A stretch of DNA of 64,000 nt, taken from assembly GCA_903958625.1 (NCBI GenBank), contig CAJBTU010000072.1, positions 4,682-68,681 on the forward strand, in the 5' to 3' direction. How positions within the stretch are numbered: position 1 is the stretch's first letter; every line of letters begins with the position of its first letter. This DNA is from an uncultured Ignavibacteriota bacterium (GTDB lineage: Bacteria > Bacteroidota > Ignavibacteria > UBA10030 > UBA8401). A model generated the notes under the pieces. The model was not told the origin of the DNA. It worked only from the letters and a program-made list of their open reading frames with translations, and did no database searches. The position numbers were made by a program, and so were the translations under genes. Positions 50,609 through 60,197 of the stretch are shown here, in pieces.

Positions 50609-50661
50609 TGCCTCAACATTGTTCCACTAATTAACTTTTTCAAACAAATGTTGGAGGCATT

Positions 50662-50922
50662 ATGAACGTCGTTAACATGAAACAATTTTCGGGCACAAAA
50701 AATTTGAAGGCGTTTTTTGATATTGAAACAACGGAGGGAATCACGATCAAAGGATTCAAGATCGCCGATGGTAAGAATGGCCTTTTTGTGGGGGTTCCTT
50801 CAGATCAGGATAAGACCGACAAAGGAAAGTATTGGGACAAGGTTTTGATGTCAAAAAAATTACGGGAAAAACTTACGGATATTGCGCTGGAGGAATATTC
50901 TAAGGTTGCGGCAGAAAAATAA
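50662..50922 (+). CDS. spoVG: SpoVG-family nucleic-acid-binding protein
   Basis: The LKAFFDI...IKGFKIADGKNGLFVGVPS pattern matches SpoVG. A GGAGG RBS precedes it. Confidence 0.75.
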   Translation: MNVVNMKQFSGTKNLKAFFDIETTEGITIKGFKIADGKNGLFVGVPSDQDKTDKGKYWDKVLMSKKLREKLTDIALEEYSKVAAEK

Positions 50923-50945
50923 CCCGCGCCTGCTGCTGTCTGGAA

Positions 50946-50975
50946 CAAAAAAACGTCCTCGCTGAGGACGTTTTA
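50946..50975. terminator. Bidirectional terminator
   Basis: AAAACGTCCTC-GCT-GAGGACGTTTT between convergent genes. Confidence 0.8.
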
Positions 50976-50997
50976 TATTCTCCGATAACTTACCGCT

Positions 50998-52410
50998 TTA
51001 ATGCGACGCGGCAGCCGTTTCGTAGTCAATTCCTTGTGCTTTTAACACGGCCTTAGCTTTTATGGCAAAGAAAGCCAAATAGCCGAACAAGAAGATTGTG
51101 ATGATATATGATAGATGAATATTGTTAAACACATCGCTGATCCATCCCTGGAGCGGCGGAATAAGTGCTCCTCCAAGAATCATCATAATGAGGAATGTAG
51201 AGCCCTGGCTGGTATATTTTCCAAGTCCCGCAATAGAAAGAGAGAAGATGCACGGCCACATCACCGAGCAAAAAAGTCCGCCGCTGATAAATGCAAATAC
51301 TGCTATTTTTCCCGTTGTCAACATTCCGATAGACATTGCCGCCATACCAAGCAGAGAGAATACCAATAGGGTCTTCGCCGGTTTTTCCTGACCGATAAAA
51401 AATCCGACGATCTGAATGGCGATGACAAAAGCATAGACATAGAGATCGCTCACGTCGGTTCCGTTAAGAATATTCGCGCCGAGAACAACTCCAAACGCAA
51501 CATAAGGAACAATAACCGTTAAAATATTTTTCCACATTTTAGGAAGATTGAAAACGGTAATGGCGCCGGTCCATCGGCCAATCATTAAGCTTCCCCAGAA
51601 CAGCGAGATAAAGCGGGAAATCTCCGATTTATCATATCCGCCGAATTCGGGCAACTTCAAGAGCGCCCCCATGTTGCTCTGGATCGTTACTTCAACGCCG
51701 ACATAGACAAATATTCCGATCATGCCATACACGAGCTGCGGATACTTCAGTGCGCCTCGTCCCGGTTCGATGTGTTCATCCTGAACGATCTTTGGAAGAT
51801 TGGAAAAGATAAAGAACAGCGCTACGGCAATAAATAATCCTGCAAGGAACACATACATTTGATTGATCGATCCGATCTCAACCTGCACGTTTTTCGTCAG
51901 TCCTCCAAAAAGGAAATAGCTGACGATCAGCGGACCGATTGTCGTACCGAACGAGTTAACTCCGCCGGCCAGATTCAGGCGGTGAGCGCCCGTTTCGGGG
52001 TTGCCCAGCGCAATCGCAAACGGTTGTGCGCAGGTCTGCTGAAGAGAGAATCCGATCGCTATAAGAAAGAGCGAACTTAAGATGAGCCAATAGTTTCCAA
52101 TGTTCACTGCGCCGATCATCGCCAGCGCGCCGGCGGCGGAGACAAACAGACCGTACGCAATTCCCATTTTATAGCCGATCTTGTTCAGAAAATCTATTTT
52201 CATCAATCGCTCAATTAAATAGAGCGCCAGCGAACCGACGAAGTAGGCAAGATAAAATGCCAGGTCGATCAGCTGTGACTGGAATTGCGTTAAATTAAAG
52301 TGTTCTTTGCAGAACGGAATAAAAACGCCGTTGGATGCCGCCAAAAATCCCCAAAAGAAAAAAACGGTTATCAGGGTTCCAAACTGTGATTTTGTTGATG
52401 ATGTGCTCAT
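50998..52410 (-). CDS. MFS sugar permease, FucP/GluP family
   Basis: Motifs TVFFFWGF, RLNLAGGVNSFGTTIGP, IFVYVGVEV and MMILGGALIPPLQG, with multiple TM helices. Confidence 0.88.
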   Translation of the reverse strand: MSTSSTKSQFGTLITVFFFWGFLAASNGVFIPFCKEHFNLTQFQSQLIDLAFYLAYFVGSLALYLIERLMKIDFLNKIGYKMGIAYGLFVSAAGALAMIGAVNIGNYWLILSSLFLIAIGFSLQQTCAQPFAIALGNPETGAHRLNLAGGVNSFGTTIGPLIVSYFLFGGLTKNVQVEIGSINQMYVFLAGLFIAVALFFIFSNLPKIVQDEHIEPGRGALKYPQLVYGMIGIFVYVGVEVTIQSNMGALLKLPEFGGYDKSEISRFISLFWGSLMIGRWTGAITVFNLPKMWKNILTVIVPYVAFGVVLGANILNGTDVSDLYVYAFVIAIQIVGFFIGQEKPAKTLLVFSLLGMAAMSIGMLTTGKIAVFAFISGGLFCSVMWPCIFSLSIAGLGKYTSQGSTFLIMMILGGALIPPLQGWISDVFNNIHLSYIITIFLFGYLAFFAIKAKAVLKAQGIDYETAAASH

Positions 52411-52567
52411 GGATGGTAATATGTTTTGTGAAATAAAATTTTTGGGTTTCGGACCGCTGTCCGCTGTGTTCGGCTAGAGTACGATATAAAACGAAAGAAT
52501 TCAACTATTATTATAAGGATACTTCGTTTGAAAGGAAAATTTTTTTCCGTACCTTTGTTCGTCGTGT

Positions 52568-52594
52568 AAGAGGAGCATGGTACTCCTCTTTTTT
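52568..52594 (+). terminator. Terminator-shaped hairpin in the uppP upstream region
   Basis: AAGAGGAG-catggta-CTCCTCTT-TTTT, downstream of a putative promoter (TTGAAA 52528 / TACCTT 52550). Confidence 0.5.
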
Positions 52595-52611
52595 ATTACC
52601 AGTCTAATCAT

Positions 52612-53463
52612 ATGGATATTGTTCAGGCGATCATACTCGGAATTATTCAAGGATTAACAGAGTTCCTTCCTATCAGCAGCACGGGACACCTGCGGATTAT
52701 TCCTGCGCTTTTGGGCTGGAACGATCCGGGGGCGGCCTTCACCGCCGTGATACAATTTGGAACGCTGGTTGCCGTGCTTTTGTATTTTAGAAAAGATATT
52801 GCCGCTATAATGGCCGCGGTCATTAAAGGAGTGTTGGACAGAAAACTCTTCCACAGCCGCGATGCTCAGTTGGGGTGGATGATCGGTGCGGGGACCATAC
52901 CGATCGTTTTTTTCGGCCTGCTGTTAAAACATCAAATTGAAACATCGTTCCGGTCACTGTATGTTATCAGCGCATCGTTCATTCTTCTTGCGGTCATGTT
53001 GATAATTGCTGAACATTTTACAAAAAAGAAAATTGCGCGGGGCGAGAAGTTGAAATCGCTGGACGATCTCTCCTGGAAAGAGATTATCGCCGTCTCCTTT
53101 TGGCAATGCGTTGCTCTTATCCCGGGTTCCTCCCGCTCCGGAACAACAATCACCGGTGGTCTATTCTCGGGTATGAGCAGGGAAACTGCGGCAAGGTTCT
53201 CATTCTTATTGTCGCTTCCATCGGTCTTTGCCGCCGGAATATTAGAGCTGGTAAAAGAACGGGAAGTATTGATGTCGTCGGACATAGGATTAATAAACCT
53301 GGCGGTCGCGACAGTCGTTTCGGGCGTCGTCGGTTATGCATCGATCGCTTTTCTTTTGAACTATTTGAAAACGCATACAACCTATTTGTTTATCGTTTAT
53401 AGAATCATTGTCGGTTTCGGCTTGCTGTATCTTTTGAATACGGGGTTGTTGTCGGCGGTATAA
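52612..53463 (+). CDS. uppP: Undecaprenyl-diphosphate phosphatase (BacA)
   Basis: Motifs QGLTEFLPISSTGH, PGSSRSGTT and AARFSFLLS. Confidence 0.95.
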   Translation: MDIVQAIILGIIQGLTEFLPISSTGHLRIIPALLGWNDPGAAFTAVIQFGTLVAVLLYFRKDIAAIMAAVIKGVLDRKLFHSRDAQLGWMIGAGTIPIVFFGLLLKHQIETSFRSLYVISASFILLAVMLIIAEHFTKKKIARGEKLKSLDDLSWKEIIAVSFWQCVALIPGSSRSGTTITGGLFSGMSRETAARFSFLLSLPSVFAAGILELVKEREVLMSSDIGLINLAVATVVSGVVGYASIAFLLNYLKTHTTYLFIVYRIIVGFGLLYLLNTGLLSAV

Positions 53464-53499
53464 TTGTGCACTTAATTTTCTAAGGTAAGGATTTATCAC

Positions 53500-54126
53500 A
53501 TGGATGTTCTCTCGGATTTTTTTCATAAACTGTTGAATATTAAAGAACTTGTTAGCTGGGCCGGTTATCCGGGGCTAACGATGATCATTTTTTCCGAGAC
53601 CGGTCTGCTTGTGGGATTCTTTCTTCCCGGCGATTCCCTTTTGGTCACAGCGGGATTGTTCGCCGCCGCCGGATATTTTGATATTATGATATTGATCCCC
53701 CTGCTGCTGATGGCCGCGATAACGGGGAATGCCACGGGATATGCCATCGGGAAAAAAAGCGGACAGGCATTATATGCGCGGGAAGATTCTCGTTTCTTTA
53801 AGAAACAGCATCTTGTCAAAACAAAAGAGTTTTATGATAAATACGGTCCTTTCACTATTGTGATGGCTCAGTTCATGCCGTTCGCCAGAACATTTGCGCC
53901 CGTTGTTGCAGGAATTGCAGAAATGAAATACGTCAAGTTTGCCGCCTTCAATGTTATCGGCGCGATATTGTGGATTCCCGGAATGCTCTTAATCGGATAT
54001 TTTCTCGGTGCTACGATTCCGAATATCGACAAAAACATTCATTATGTGATATTCATTGTTGTATTCATTTCTCTTTTGCCCGGAATAGTAAAATATTTGC
54101 ATGTAAAGTACGGTAAGAAACCTTAG
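53500..54126 (+). CDS. DedA/VTT-family membrane protein
   Basis: Motifs FSETGLLVGFFLPGDSLLVTAG and RTFAPVVAG. Confidence 0.92.
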   Translation: MDVLSDFFHKLLNIKELVSWAGYPGLTMIIFSETGLLVGFFLPGDSLLVTAGLFAAAGYFDIMILIPLLLMAAITGNATGYAIGKKSGQALYAREDSRFFKKQHLVKTKEFYDKYGPFTIVMAQFMPFARTFAPVVAGIAEMKYVKFAAFNVIGAILWIPGMLLIGYFLGATIPNIDKNIHYVIFIVVFISLLPGIVKYLHVKYGKKP

Positions 54127-54194
54127 GTGCATTGTTCGGCGCTTGCGCGGCCGTTTCTGTGCTGCGGAAAAAATCTTTTCTATCTTTGCGTGAG

Positions 54195-55421
54195 ATGAAA
54201 CACTCCCCCCGTATCCGATTTGCCGTGGACCCAATCTTCAAGGAAGAGCTGGAAAAACTGCCGTGGAGCATTCCTGTTGCCGATTGGCACCGCCGTGGTG
54301 TGAACATGTTGAGTGTGAAGCGCGGTATCTCGCGCCACGAGGTGGTCTTTGTTAATACGGGAAGATTTTCTTTTTGTATCAAAGAGATCAGCGAAGAGGT
54401 TTCAAAGAAAGAGGTTTGGCATTACGAACAACTTCTTTTGCTTGGCTTACATACTCTGGTGCCTGCCGGTTATATTGTAAGGGAAGAAGAACCGTTCGCC
54501 ATTACCACCCCCGTCGGTATTCAATATCAAGACAATTTTATTTCGCATACCATCACCGTTCTGGTCAACAATGTGCTGCCGGACTCTTTGCTCTATTCAA
54601 GAAACTTCCGTTCAGAAACTCGCCGGAAAATCTGGGATGCAATCATCCGTTTATTTGTTCAATTACACAGCAATGGTATTTACTGGGGCGACGCTTCGCT
54701 GGCAAACACGCTTATAAAATTCGAAAAGCAGATGGTACCGTTTGTCGGACCTCGAACCATCCTTATCGCATATCTTTCTGATGCAGAAACGATAGAGATC
54801 CGTCCGCTGCTTTCAAGCTCAATGCGCGAAGAGGATCTGAAATTTTTCTATGAATCAATGGACTGGATCAACGAAGACCTTCGAAAAGCCGGGATCGTCC
54901 GCAACGATGCAGACATGGAAGAAGATAAGGCCTACATCGGAGGGCGGTATGCGCTGCTGTACGACGTTGAAATGAAAAAGAAAAAATTTGAACTGCAGAC
55001 GTCGTTCAGCATTGACCTGTTTCTCGGCAGCATTTTCAATCCTGAATACGTTGATCAGTTCTTACAACACATTGAAGAGCATAAGTGGTATATGAGTGAG
55101 CGGTTAAAAGAGGATGTTTCTCTCTCCACCGCGACGCGCGATTGGTATGAAACGATCTTTGTTCCTGTTTGCGAATTGTTCCGTTCGGAGCACATTCTTG
55201 AACTATTCAGGGGAAAAACCGCTGCGGAACTGTATATCGAAATTATGAACAATAAATATTATCTGAGCGAATTCGCCGGAAAGGATGTCGGGATGATTGC
55301 GGCAATGAATGATTACGCCATAAAATTCGGAGCCGCCGAGCACAATAAAACCTTGCTGGCGCATCTCACCGAGAGCATGATGAAGATCCTGGGAAGGAAA
55401 GAGGCGATGCTTCTCAGCTAA
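54195..55421 (+). CDS. Kinase-like (Kdo/WaaP-like) protein with tandem DUF4032-like C-terminal repeats
   Basis: Motifs GISRHEVVFV, IKE, HSNGIYWGDASLANTL and SDAET. Repeats IEEHKWYMSE and IMNNKYYLSE are present. Start placed at ATG 54195. Confidence 0.65.
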   Translation: MKHSPRIRFAVDPIFKEELEKLPWSIPVADWHRRGVNMLSVKRGISRHEVVFVNTGRFSFCIKEISEEVSKKEVWHYEQLLLLGLHTLVPAGYIVREEEPFAITTPVGIQYQDNFISHTITVLVNNVLPDSLLYSRNFRSETRRKIWDAIIRLFVQLHSNGIYWGDASLANTLIKFEKQMVPFVGPRTILIAYLSDAETIEIRPLLSSSMREEDLKFFYESMDWINEDLRKAGIVRNDADMEEDKAYIGGRYALLYDVEMKKKKFELQTSFSIDLFLGSIFNPEYVDQFLQHIEEHKWYMSERLKEDVSLSTATRDWYETIFVPVCELFRSEHILELFRGKTAAELYIEIMNNKYYLSEFAGKDVGMIAAMNDYAIKFGAAEHNKTLLAHLTESMMKILGRKEAMLLS

Positions 55422-55475
55422 GCGTTGATTATATTGTTTTTGTTTTGCCAAACTTTGTATAGAAGGGAATCCGTT

Positions 55476-55733
55476 ATGACCACTGTGGCCGCATCATCCG
55501 TTAAACTGTCCGATCCTGCTTCGCTGGAAAAGATCGCGTACGATAGCGTCAAATCAATCCCGACAAAAGAACCGAACGATCAGTATCGTCTCGGATATCA
55601 CGTCTGGAATTATTTAAAAGACAAAAAGGGAACACTCGCCGATGCGGTAAAACAATCGGGCGCCCGAATTTTGATCTCCGAAAAAGAGGCTGTTGCCGTC
55701 ATTGAAGCAGCATTACAAAAATCCACCGATTAG
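55476..55733 (+). CDS. Small hypothetical protein (85 aa)
   Basis: Clean ORF filling the gap between co-oriented genes, with an AGGGA RBS-like sequence and normal-looking codon usage. Confidence 0.7.
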   Translation: MTTVAASSVKLSDPASLEKIAYDSVKSIPTKEPNDQYRLGYHVWNYLKDKKGTLADAVKQSGARILISEKEAVAVIEAALQKSTD

Positions 55734-55787
55734 TTTATCCTCCGAAAAGATTCCCGCCGGGCGCGCGGGACAAGAGAAACGTTTTCG

Positions 55788-56384
55788 ATGAAAGAAATCT
55801 GGAAAATACTGAACGATCTGATTATGGCATTCATCCCGCTTTTTGTGGCGATTGATGTGCCGGGACTTGTTCCGCTGTTCCTGTCGCTGACCGAAGGGAT
55901 GACGCTAAAAGCAAAGCGTCAGCTGATCATTGAGGCAACAATGACGGCCGGTGCGGTTGCGCTTGTGTTCCTCATCCTCGGTAAAGTGATCTTCAAATTC
56001 CTCGGCATTACCGAAAACGATTTCCGTATCGGCGGCGGCATTGTTCTTATCGTGCTTGCGGTGACCGATCTTCTTTTTTCCAGCGACGAACGGAAGAATA
56101 CCAATACATCGGTTGGCGTCGTGCCGATCGGCATCCCGCTGGTAATGGGGCCCGGGGCGCTGACGGCGATCATTATTATTGTTGATGCGTACGGTTATTG
56201 GATTTCGATGGTCTCGCTTCTCCTTAATTTGATTATTGTCTGGCTGATCTTCCGCCACTCCGATCTTGTGATTCGGGTGATGGGAGAGGGCGGCACAAAG
56301 GCGTTTGCAAAGGTTGCTGCACTTTTTATGGTTGCCATCGCCGTAATGATGATTCGCGTCGGCATTCAAAATATTCTCAAATAA
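55788..56384 (+). CDS. MarC-family membrane protein
   Basis: Motifs FRIGGGIVL and VVPIGIPLVMGPGA, with about 6 TM helices. Confidence 0.9.
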   Translation: MKEIWKILNDLIMAFIPLFVAIDVPGLVPLFLSLTEGMTLKAKRQLIIEATMTAGAVALVFLILGKVIFKFLGITENDFRIGGGIVLIVLAVTDLLFSSDERKNTNTSVGVVPIGIPLVMGPGALTAIIIIVDAYGYWISMVSLLLNLIIVWLIFRHSDLVIRVMGEGGTKAFAKVAALFMVAIAVMMIRVGIQNILK

Positions 56385-56393
56385 TAGATCATC

Positions 56394-57314
56394 ATGTCCC
56401 CCGATTATCAATCCGTTCTCGAAGCAATACAAAATGAAGTGGTTCCTCTTCGCCGGACCGGGGCGGTAGCGAACTACATTCCCGAGCTTGCAAAAGTCAA
56501 TCCGGATAAATTCGGGATGCATCTGCAGACAATTGACGGTCAAGGATTTTCTGTCGGCGACAGCGGCGAAAGTTTTTCCATCCAAAGTATCTCGAAGGTC
56601 TTTGCGCTGGCCATGGTTGTCTCTTGTGTCGGCGAAAAGATCTTTGACCGCGTTGGTGTCGAACCATCGGGCAGCTCGTTCAATTCTCTTGTGCAGCTGG
56701 AGTATGAAAAGGGGATTCCGAGAAATCCGCTGATCAATGCCGGGGCGATGGTCGTCTGCGACGTGCTGATCGAACAACTGCAAAAACCGAAAAAAGAAAT
56801 TCTCGACTTCATCCGGATCCTGGCGAACAATAAAAAGATATGTTACAACGAAAATGTCGCTGCATCGGAAAATAAATTCGGTTTCCGTAACGCTGCGCTG
56901 GCAAATTTCCTGAAATCGTTCGGCAACATTCATAACAATGTGAATGATGTGCTGGATCTTTATTTCCACATTTGTTCAATAGAAATGTCGTGCAAAGATC
57001 TTGCGGCGGCGTTTCTGCTGTTCGCCAACCACGGAAAAGTAATTTCCGCCGACAAAGCGCTGCTGACCAAAAGCCAGACAAAGCGGTTGAATGCGGTGAT
57101 GCAAACGTGCGGTTTTTATGATGAGGCCGGTGAGTTTTCGTTTACTGTCGGCTTGCCGGGAAAGAGCGGGGTCGGCGGCGGTATTGTTGCCCTGCATCCG
57201 CACCGGTACGCCGTGGCAACGTGGGGTCCGCGATTGAATGCCCGGGGAAATTCCGTGATGGGAATGAGGGCTCTTGAATTGCTGACGACGAAACTCGGCA
57301 CATCAATCTTTTAA
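56394..57314 (+). CDS. glsA: Glutaminase
   Basis: Motifs VANYIPELA, FSIQSISK, EPSG, NPLINAGA and PGKSGVGGG. Confidence 0.95.
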   Translation: MSPDYQSVLEAIQNEVVPLRRTGAVANYIPELAKVNPDKFGMHLQTIDGQGFSVGDSGESFSIQSISKVFALAMVVSCVGEKIFDRVGVEPSGSSFNSLVQLEYEKGIPRNPLINAGAMVVCDVLIEQLQKPKKEILDFIRILANNKKICYNENVAASENKFGFRNAALANFLKSFGNIHNNVNDVLDLYFHICSIEMSCKDLAAAFLLFANHGKVISADKALLTKSQTKRLNAVMQTCGFYDEAGEFSFTVGLPGKSGVGGGIVALHPHRYAVATWGPRLNARGNSVMGMRALELLTTKLGTSIF

Positions 57315-57399
57315 TAAATCTTTTTTTGCGCGCTCGTTGTTCGCCTTTGACACCATTGTCCGGCCATTAAGGATGTCGGGATATTTTTTAAGGATTCCT

Positions 57400-58017
57400 A
57401 TGCTTCGTTCCATTTTTCATCCTGCAACCAAAACAGCAGAAAATAATTCAACGCTCATTATGCTTCACGGAAGAGGTTCTGACGAACACGATTTGTTCGG
57501 GTTAAAAGAATCTCTCGATCCCCGGTTGAACATTTATTCGCTCCGCGCTCCCTTCGAGTTTGAGTGGGGCGGTTACGCGTGGTTCGATATGTCCGAAGAT
57601 GGATCTGTGGATGAGAAAAGTTTTCTTCAAAGTAAAGCGGAGATTCTTGCGTTCATCGAGACCATAAAGACGGACAGGCTCTTCCTGCTGGGGTTCAGCA
57701 TGGGGGCGATCATGTCGTATTCCCTCGCGCTGACAACGCCAACTCTTTGCAATGGAATTCTCGCTCTAAGCGGATTCGCTCCAAAACAATTGGAAACAGA
57801 ATACCGGTTGAGCGAACTGGAGAACCTGAACATCTTTATTTCGCACGGTATCAACGATCAGGTGATACCCGTTTCCGCCGCACGAAAGACCAGGGCGTTG
57901 CTCTCCGCTTCTAACGCACAGATTACCTACAACGAATATCAGATGGCACACCAGATTAACAATGAGTGCCTGATAGATGCCGGGTCCTGGTTGGGGAAAT
58001 TGCTGGATCAACCTTGA
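57400..58017 (+). CDS. Phospholipase/carboxylesterase (alpha/beta hydrolase)
   Basis: LHGRG, the GFSMG nucleophile elbow, HGINDQVIP and MAH. Confidence 0.88.
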   Translation: MLRSIFHPATKTAENNSTLIMLHGRGSDEHDLFGLKESLDPRLNIYSLRAPFEFEWGGYAWFDMSEDGSVDEKSFLQSKAEILAFIETIKTDRLFLLGFSMGAIMSYSLALTTPTLCNGILALSGFAPKQLETEYRLSELENLNIFISHGINDQVIPVSAARKTRALLSASNAQITYNEYQMAHQINNECLIDAGSWLGKLLDQP

Positions 58018-58091
58018 GCGCATAAAGACGTTTGTCTGTTTTAAAAAAGGAATAGAAAAATCATTCAGATGGAAACATGTTGTTTCCGTGA

Positions 58092-58132
58092 AAACAAAAA
58101 TCCCCAAGCATTCTTCTTGGGGATTTTTGTTT
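58092..58132. terminator. Bidirectional terminator
   Basis: Perfect 17-bp inverted repeat AAACAAAAATCCCCAAG / CTTGGGGATTTTTGTTT. Confidence 0.88.
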
Positions 58133-58150
58133 CTTCGATTTTTTGATTTG

Positions 58151-59950
58151 CTATTTCTTCGGGAGCTTCTGCTGCATGCGCTCCATAAATCCGGGCTTGC
58201 GTTTGTTTTCGGGAATCTTTTGCAGCGGCTCATCCTTATGGCGCTGATTGAAATACCATTGCTGGCTGATGGACAAAAGATTGAAGACAAAATAATACAG
58301 GTTCAATCCGGACGGAAAGTGATTAAACATTACCGTCATCATGATCGGCATCATCCAGACCATTGCTTTTTGCGTCGGGTCGGTAACGGTCTGTTTTTGC
58401 TGAACAAACATTGTAATACCCATTGCCAGCGTCAGGCCGCTGATGAAATTTCCGAGCAGCGGAATGGTAAACGGAAGCGCAACAAGAACATCGGGAACCG
58501 AAAGATCGGTGATCCATAATATGAACGGTTGCTGGCGCAATTCGATCGAGGCGCTGAAAAGAGCGTACAGGGCATACAGAATGGGCAGCTGAAGCAGCAG
58601 CGGCAGGCATCCCCCCGCCGGATTCACACCATAATCTTTGTACAGCTTCATGGTCTGTATGTTGAGTTGTTGAGCGTCGCTTTTATACTTTTCACGAATT
58701 TCCTGCATCAACGGCTGCAGTTTCTGCATTTTCCGCATCGATTTCATGCTCGATCTTGTTAATGGCTGCAACGCTGTTTTTATGATGATGGAAAAGATGA
58801 TGATGACCAATCCGTAGTTCGAGATCAGCGAGTGGAGAAGCCGGAACAGCGGAATGAAAATATATTCTGTGATTGGACGGATCCACGACCAGCCGAGAGA
58901 CATAATTTGGTCGAGTCCGCGGTTATAGCTTTTGATCGTTGAAAATTCCAGGGGGCCGATATATGTCGAAATTTTTGCTGTTTCGACCGCCGAGTTTTTA
59001 AACGGATATTTTAGTGCAATCGCATATTTTTCCACCGCTCCACCCTCGGCGGCCTCGACATATTGTCCTTCTAAATATGAACCGGTCGCTTTTTTGTCCT
59101 GCGAAAGAAGCGCAACAGCAAAATACTTGTTCCGCAAAGCAACCCACTCCGTTTGTCCGGAAGGATCTTCTTTGGGATTATCGCCGGCAGATTTTGCGTT
59201 TACTTCTTTTAATTCTCCCCCGCCGTAGGTATATGCCGCGGCTGAATTGGATTCGTCGACGCTGTTAAACTCGGTGTATTTTATGCCGTATTCCCAAAGT
59301 ATTTGATACTCGTAGTTGGCAATTACGTTTTGCATTCCCTCGAATGAAAAATCGGCGTCGAAATCATACGCTTGATTCTTGAACGTCAGTTTTTTTACAA
59401 GTTTTCCTTCGCTGCCGTTCAAAACGAATTCCACAACATACTGGTCATCGTTCGAGAGAACAACTTTTCCTCCGATCGGAATCGGTGCCGCAAAGAAAAG
59501 ATTCTTTGTGTTGATCATTCTTCCGTCGGTGGTCGTGAATAAAACGCTGAAATCACCCTTTGCATCGTTCACCAGCTGCACGGGGTGGTTATCCCACGTT
59601 TTATGTTTTTTCAGCGTCCACTGCTTTATCGCTCCGCCTTTAGTGGACAGTTCGGCGATGTAATTCTCGGTTTCAATCGTGAAGATCTGTTCCTTGCCGA
59701 TCTCTGTTCCGCTGAAATATTTTCCCAGGCTGTCGCTGAATTGTTGGGCCTGCTTTGGTGCCTGCGGAAGAGGCTGGTTCAATGAAATATCTTTTTTCGA
59801 ATACTCTGTTTTTTTTGCAGAGTCGTTCGCAGATTGTTCCGCCCTCTGTGGTGTTTGCTGTTGCGGCTGGCGTTGCGGTGAAGTAAAATACATCCACGCC
59901 ATAAGCACGGCTGCGATCAGAACAAATCCAAGCGTTTCTTGTCTTCCCAT
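58151..59950 (-). CDS. yidC: Membrane protein insertase
   Basis: Motifs NYGLVII, NPAGGCLPLLLQLP, WITDLSVPD and PSGLNLYY, in the canonical gene context. Confidence 0.97.
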   Translation of the reverse strand: MGRQETLGFVLIAAVLMAWMYFTSPQRQPQQQTPQRAEQSANDSAKKTEYSKKDISLNQPLPQAPKQAQQFSDSLGKYFSGTEIGKEQIFTIETENYIAELSTKGGAIKQWTLKKHKTWDNHPVQLVNDAKGDFSVLFTTTDGRMINTKNLFFAAPIPIGGKVVLSNDDQYVVEFVLNGSEGKLVKKLTFKNQAYDFDADFSFEGMQNVIANYEYQILWEYGIKYTEFNSVDESNSAAAYTYGGGELKEVNAKSAGDNPKEDPSGQTEWVALRNKYFAVALLSQDKKATGSYLEGQYVEAAEGGAVEKYAIALKYPFKNSAVETAKISTYIGPLEFSTIKSYNRGLDQIMSLGWSWIRPITEYIFIPLFRLLHSLISNYGLVIIIFSIIIKTALQPLTRSSMKSMRKMQKLQPLMQEIREKYKSDAQQLNIQTMKLYKDYGVNPAGGCLPLLLQLPILYALYALFSASIELRQQPFILWITDLSVPDVLVALPFTIPLLGNFISGLTLAMGITMFVQQKQTVTDPTQKAMVWMMPIMMTVMFNHFPSGLNLYYFVFNLLSISQQWYFNQRHKDEPLQKIPENKRKPGFMERMQQKLPKK

Positions 59951-59954
59951 AATA

Positions 59955-60197
59955 TTAGTGTTGTCGTTTCGTCAATGAAAATTGTTCCGGAACGGGATCA
60001 TAGCCTCCTTCGTGATACGGATGACACTTACAGATCCGTTTCACGCCAAGCAGCGATCCTTTGAGCGCTCCGTGCTTTTGTATGCATTCTCGTGTGTAGG
60101 TAGAGCAGGTTGGAAAAAACCGGCATGAGTTTGCCGGCAGAAACGGCGAGATCACCATCTGATATACGCGGATCAAAAAAACAAAAATATGTTTCAT
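59955..60197 (-). CDS. yidD: Membrane protein insertion efficiency factor
   Basis: Motifs [15 protein letters not shown] and [14 protein letters not shown]. Confidence 0.95.
   Translation of the reverse strand: MKHIFVFLIRVYQMVISPFLPANSCRFFPTCSTYTRECIQKHGALKGSLLGVKRICKCHPYHEGGYDPVPEQFSLTKRQH

Noticed and set aside
55905..56969. 354-aa minus-strand ORF
   Set aside because: It is an antisense shadow of marC and glutaminase with no recognisable motifs.
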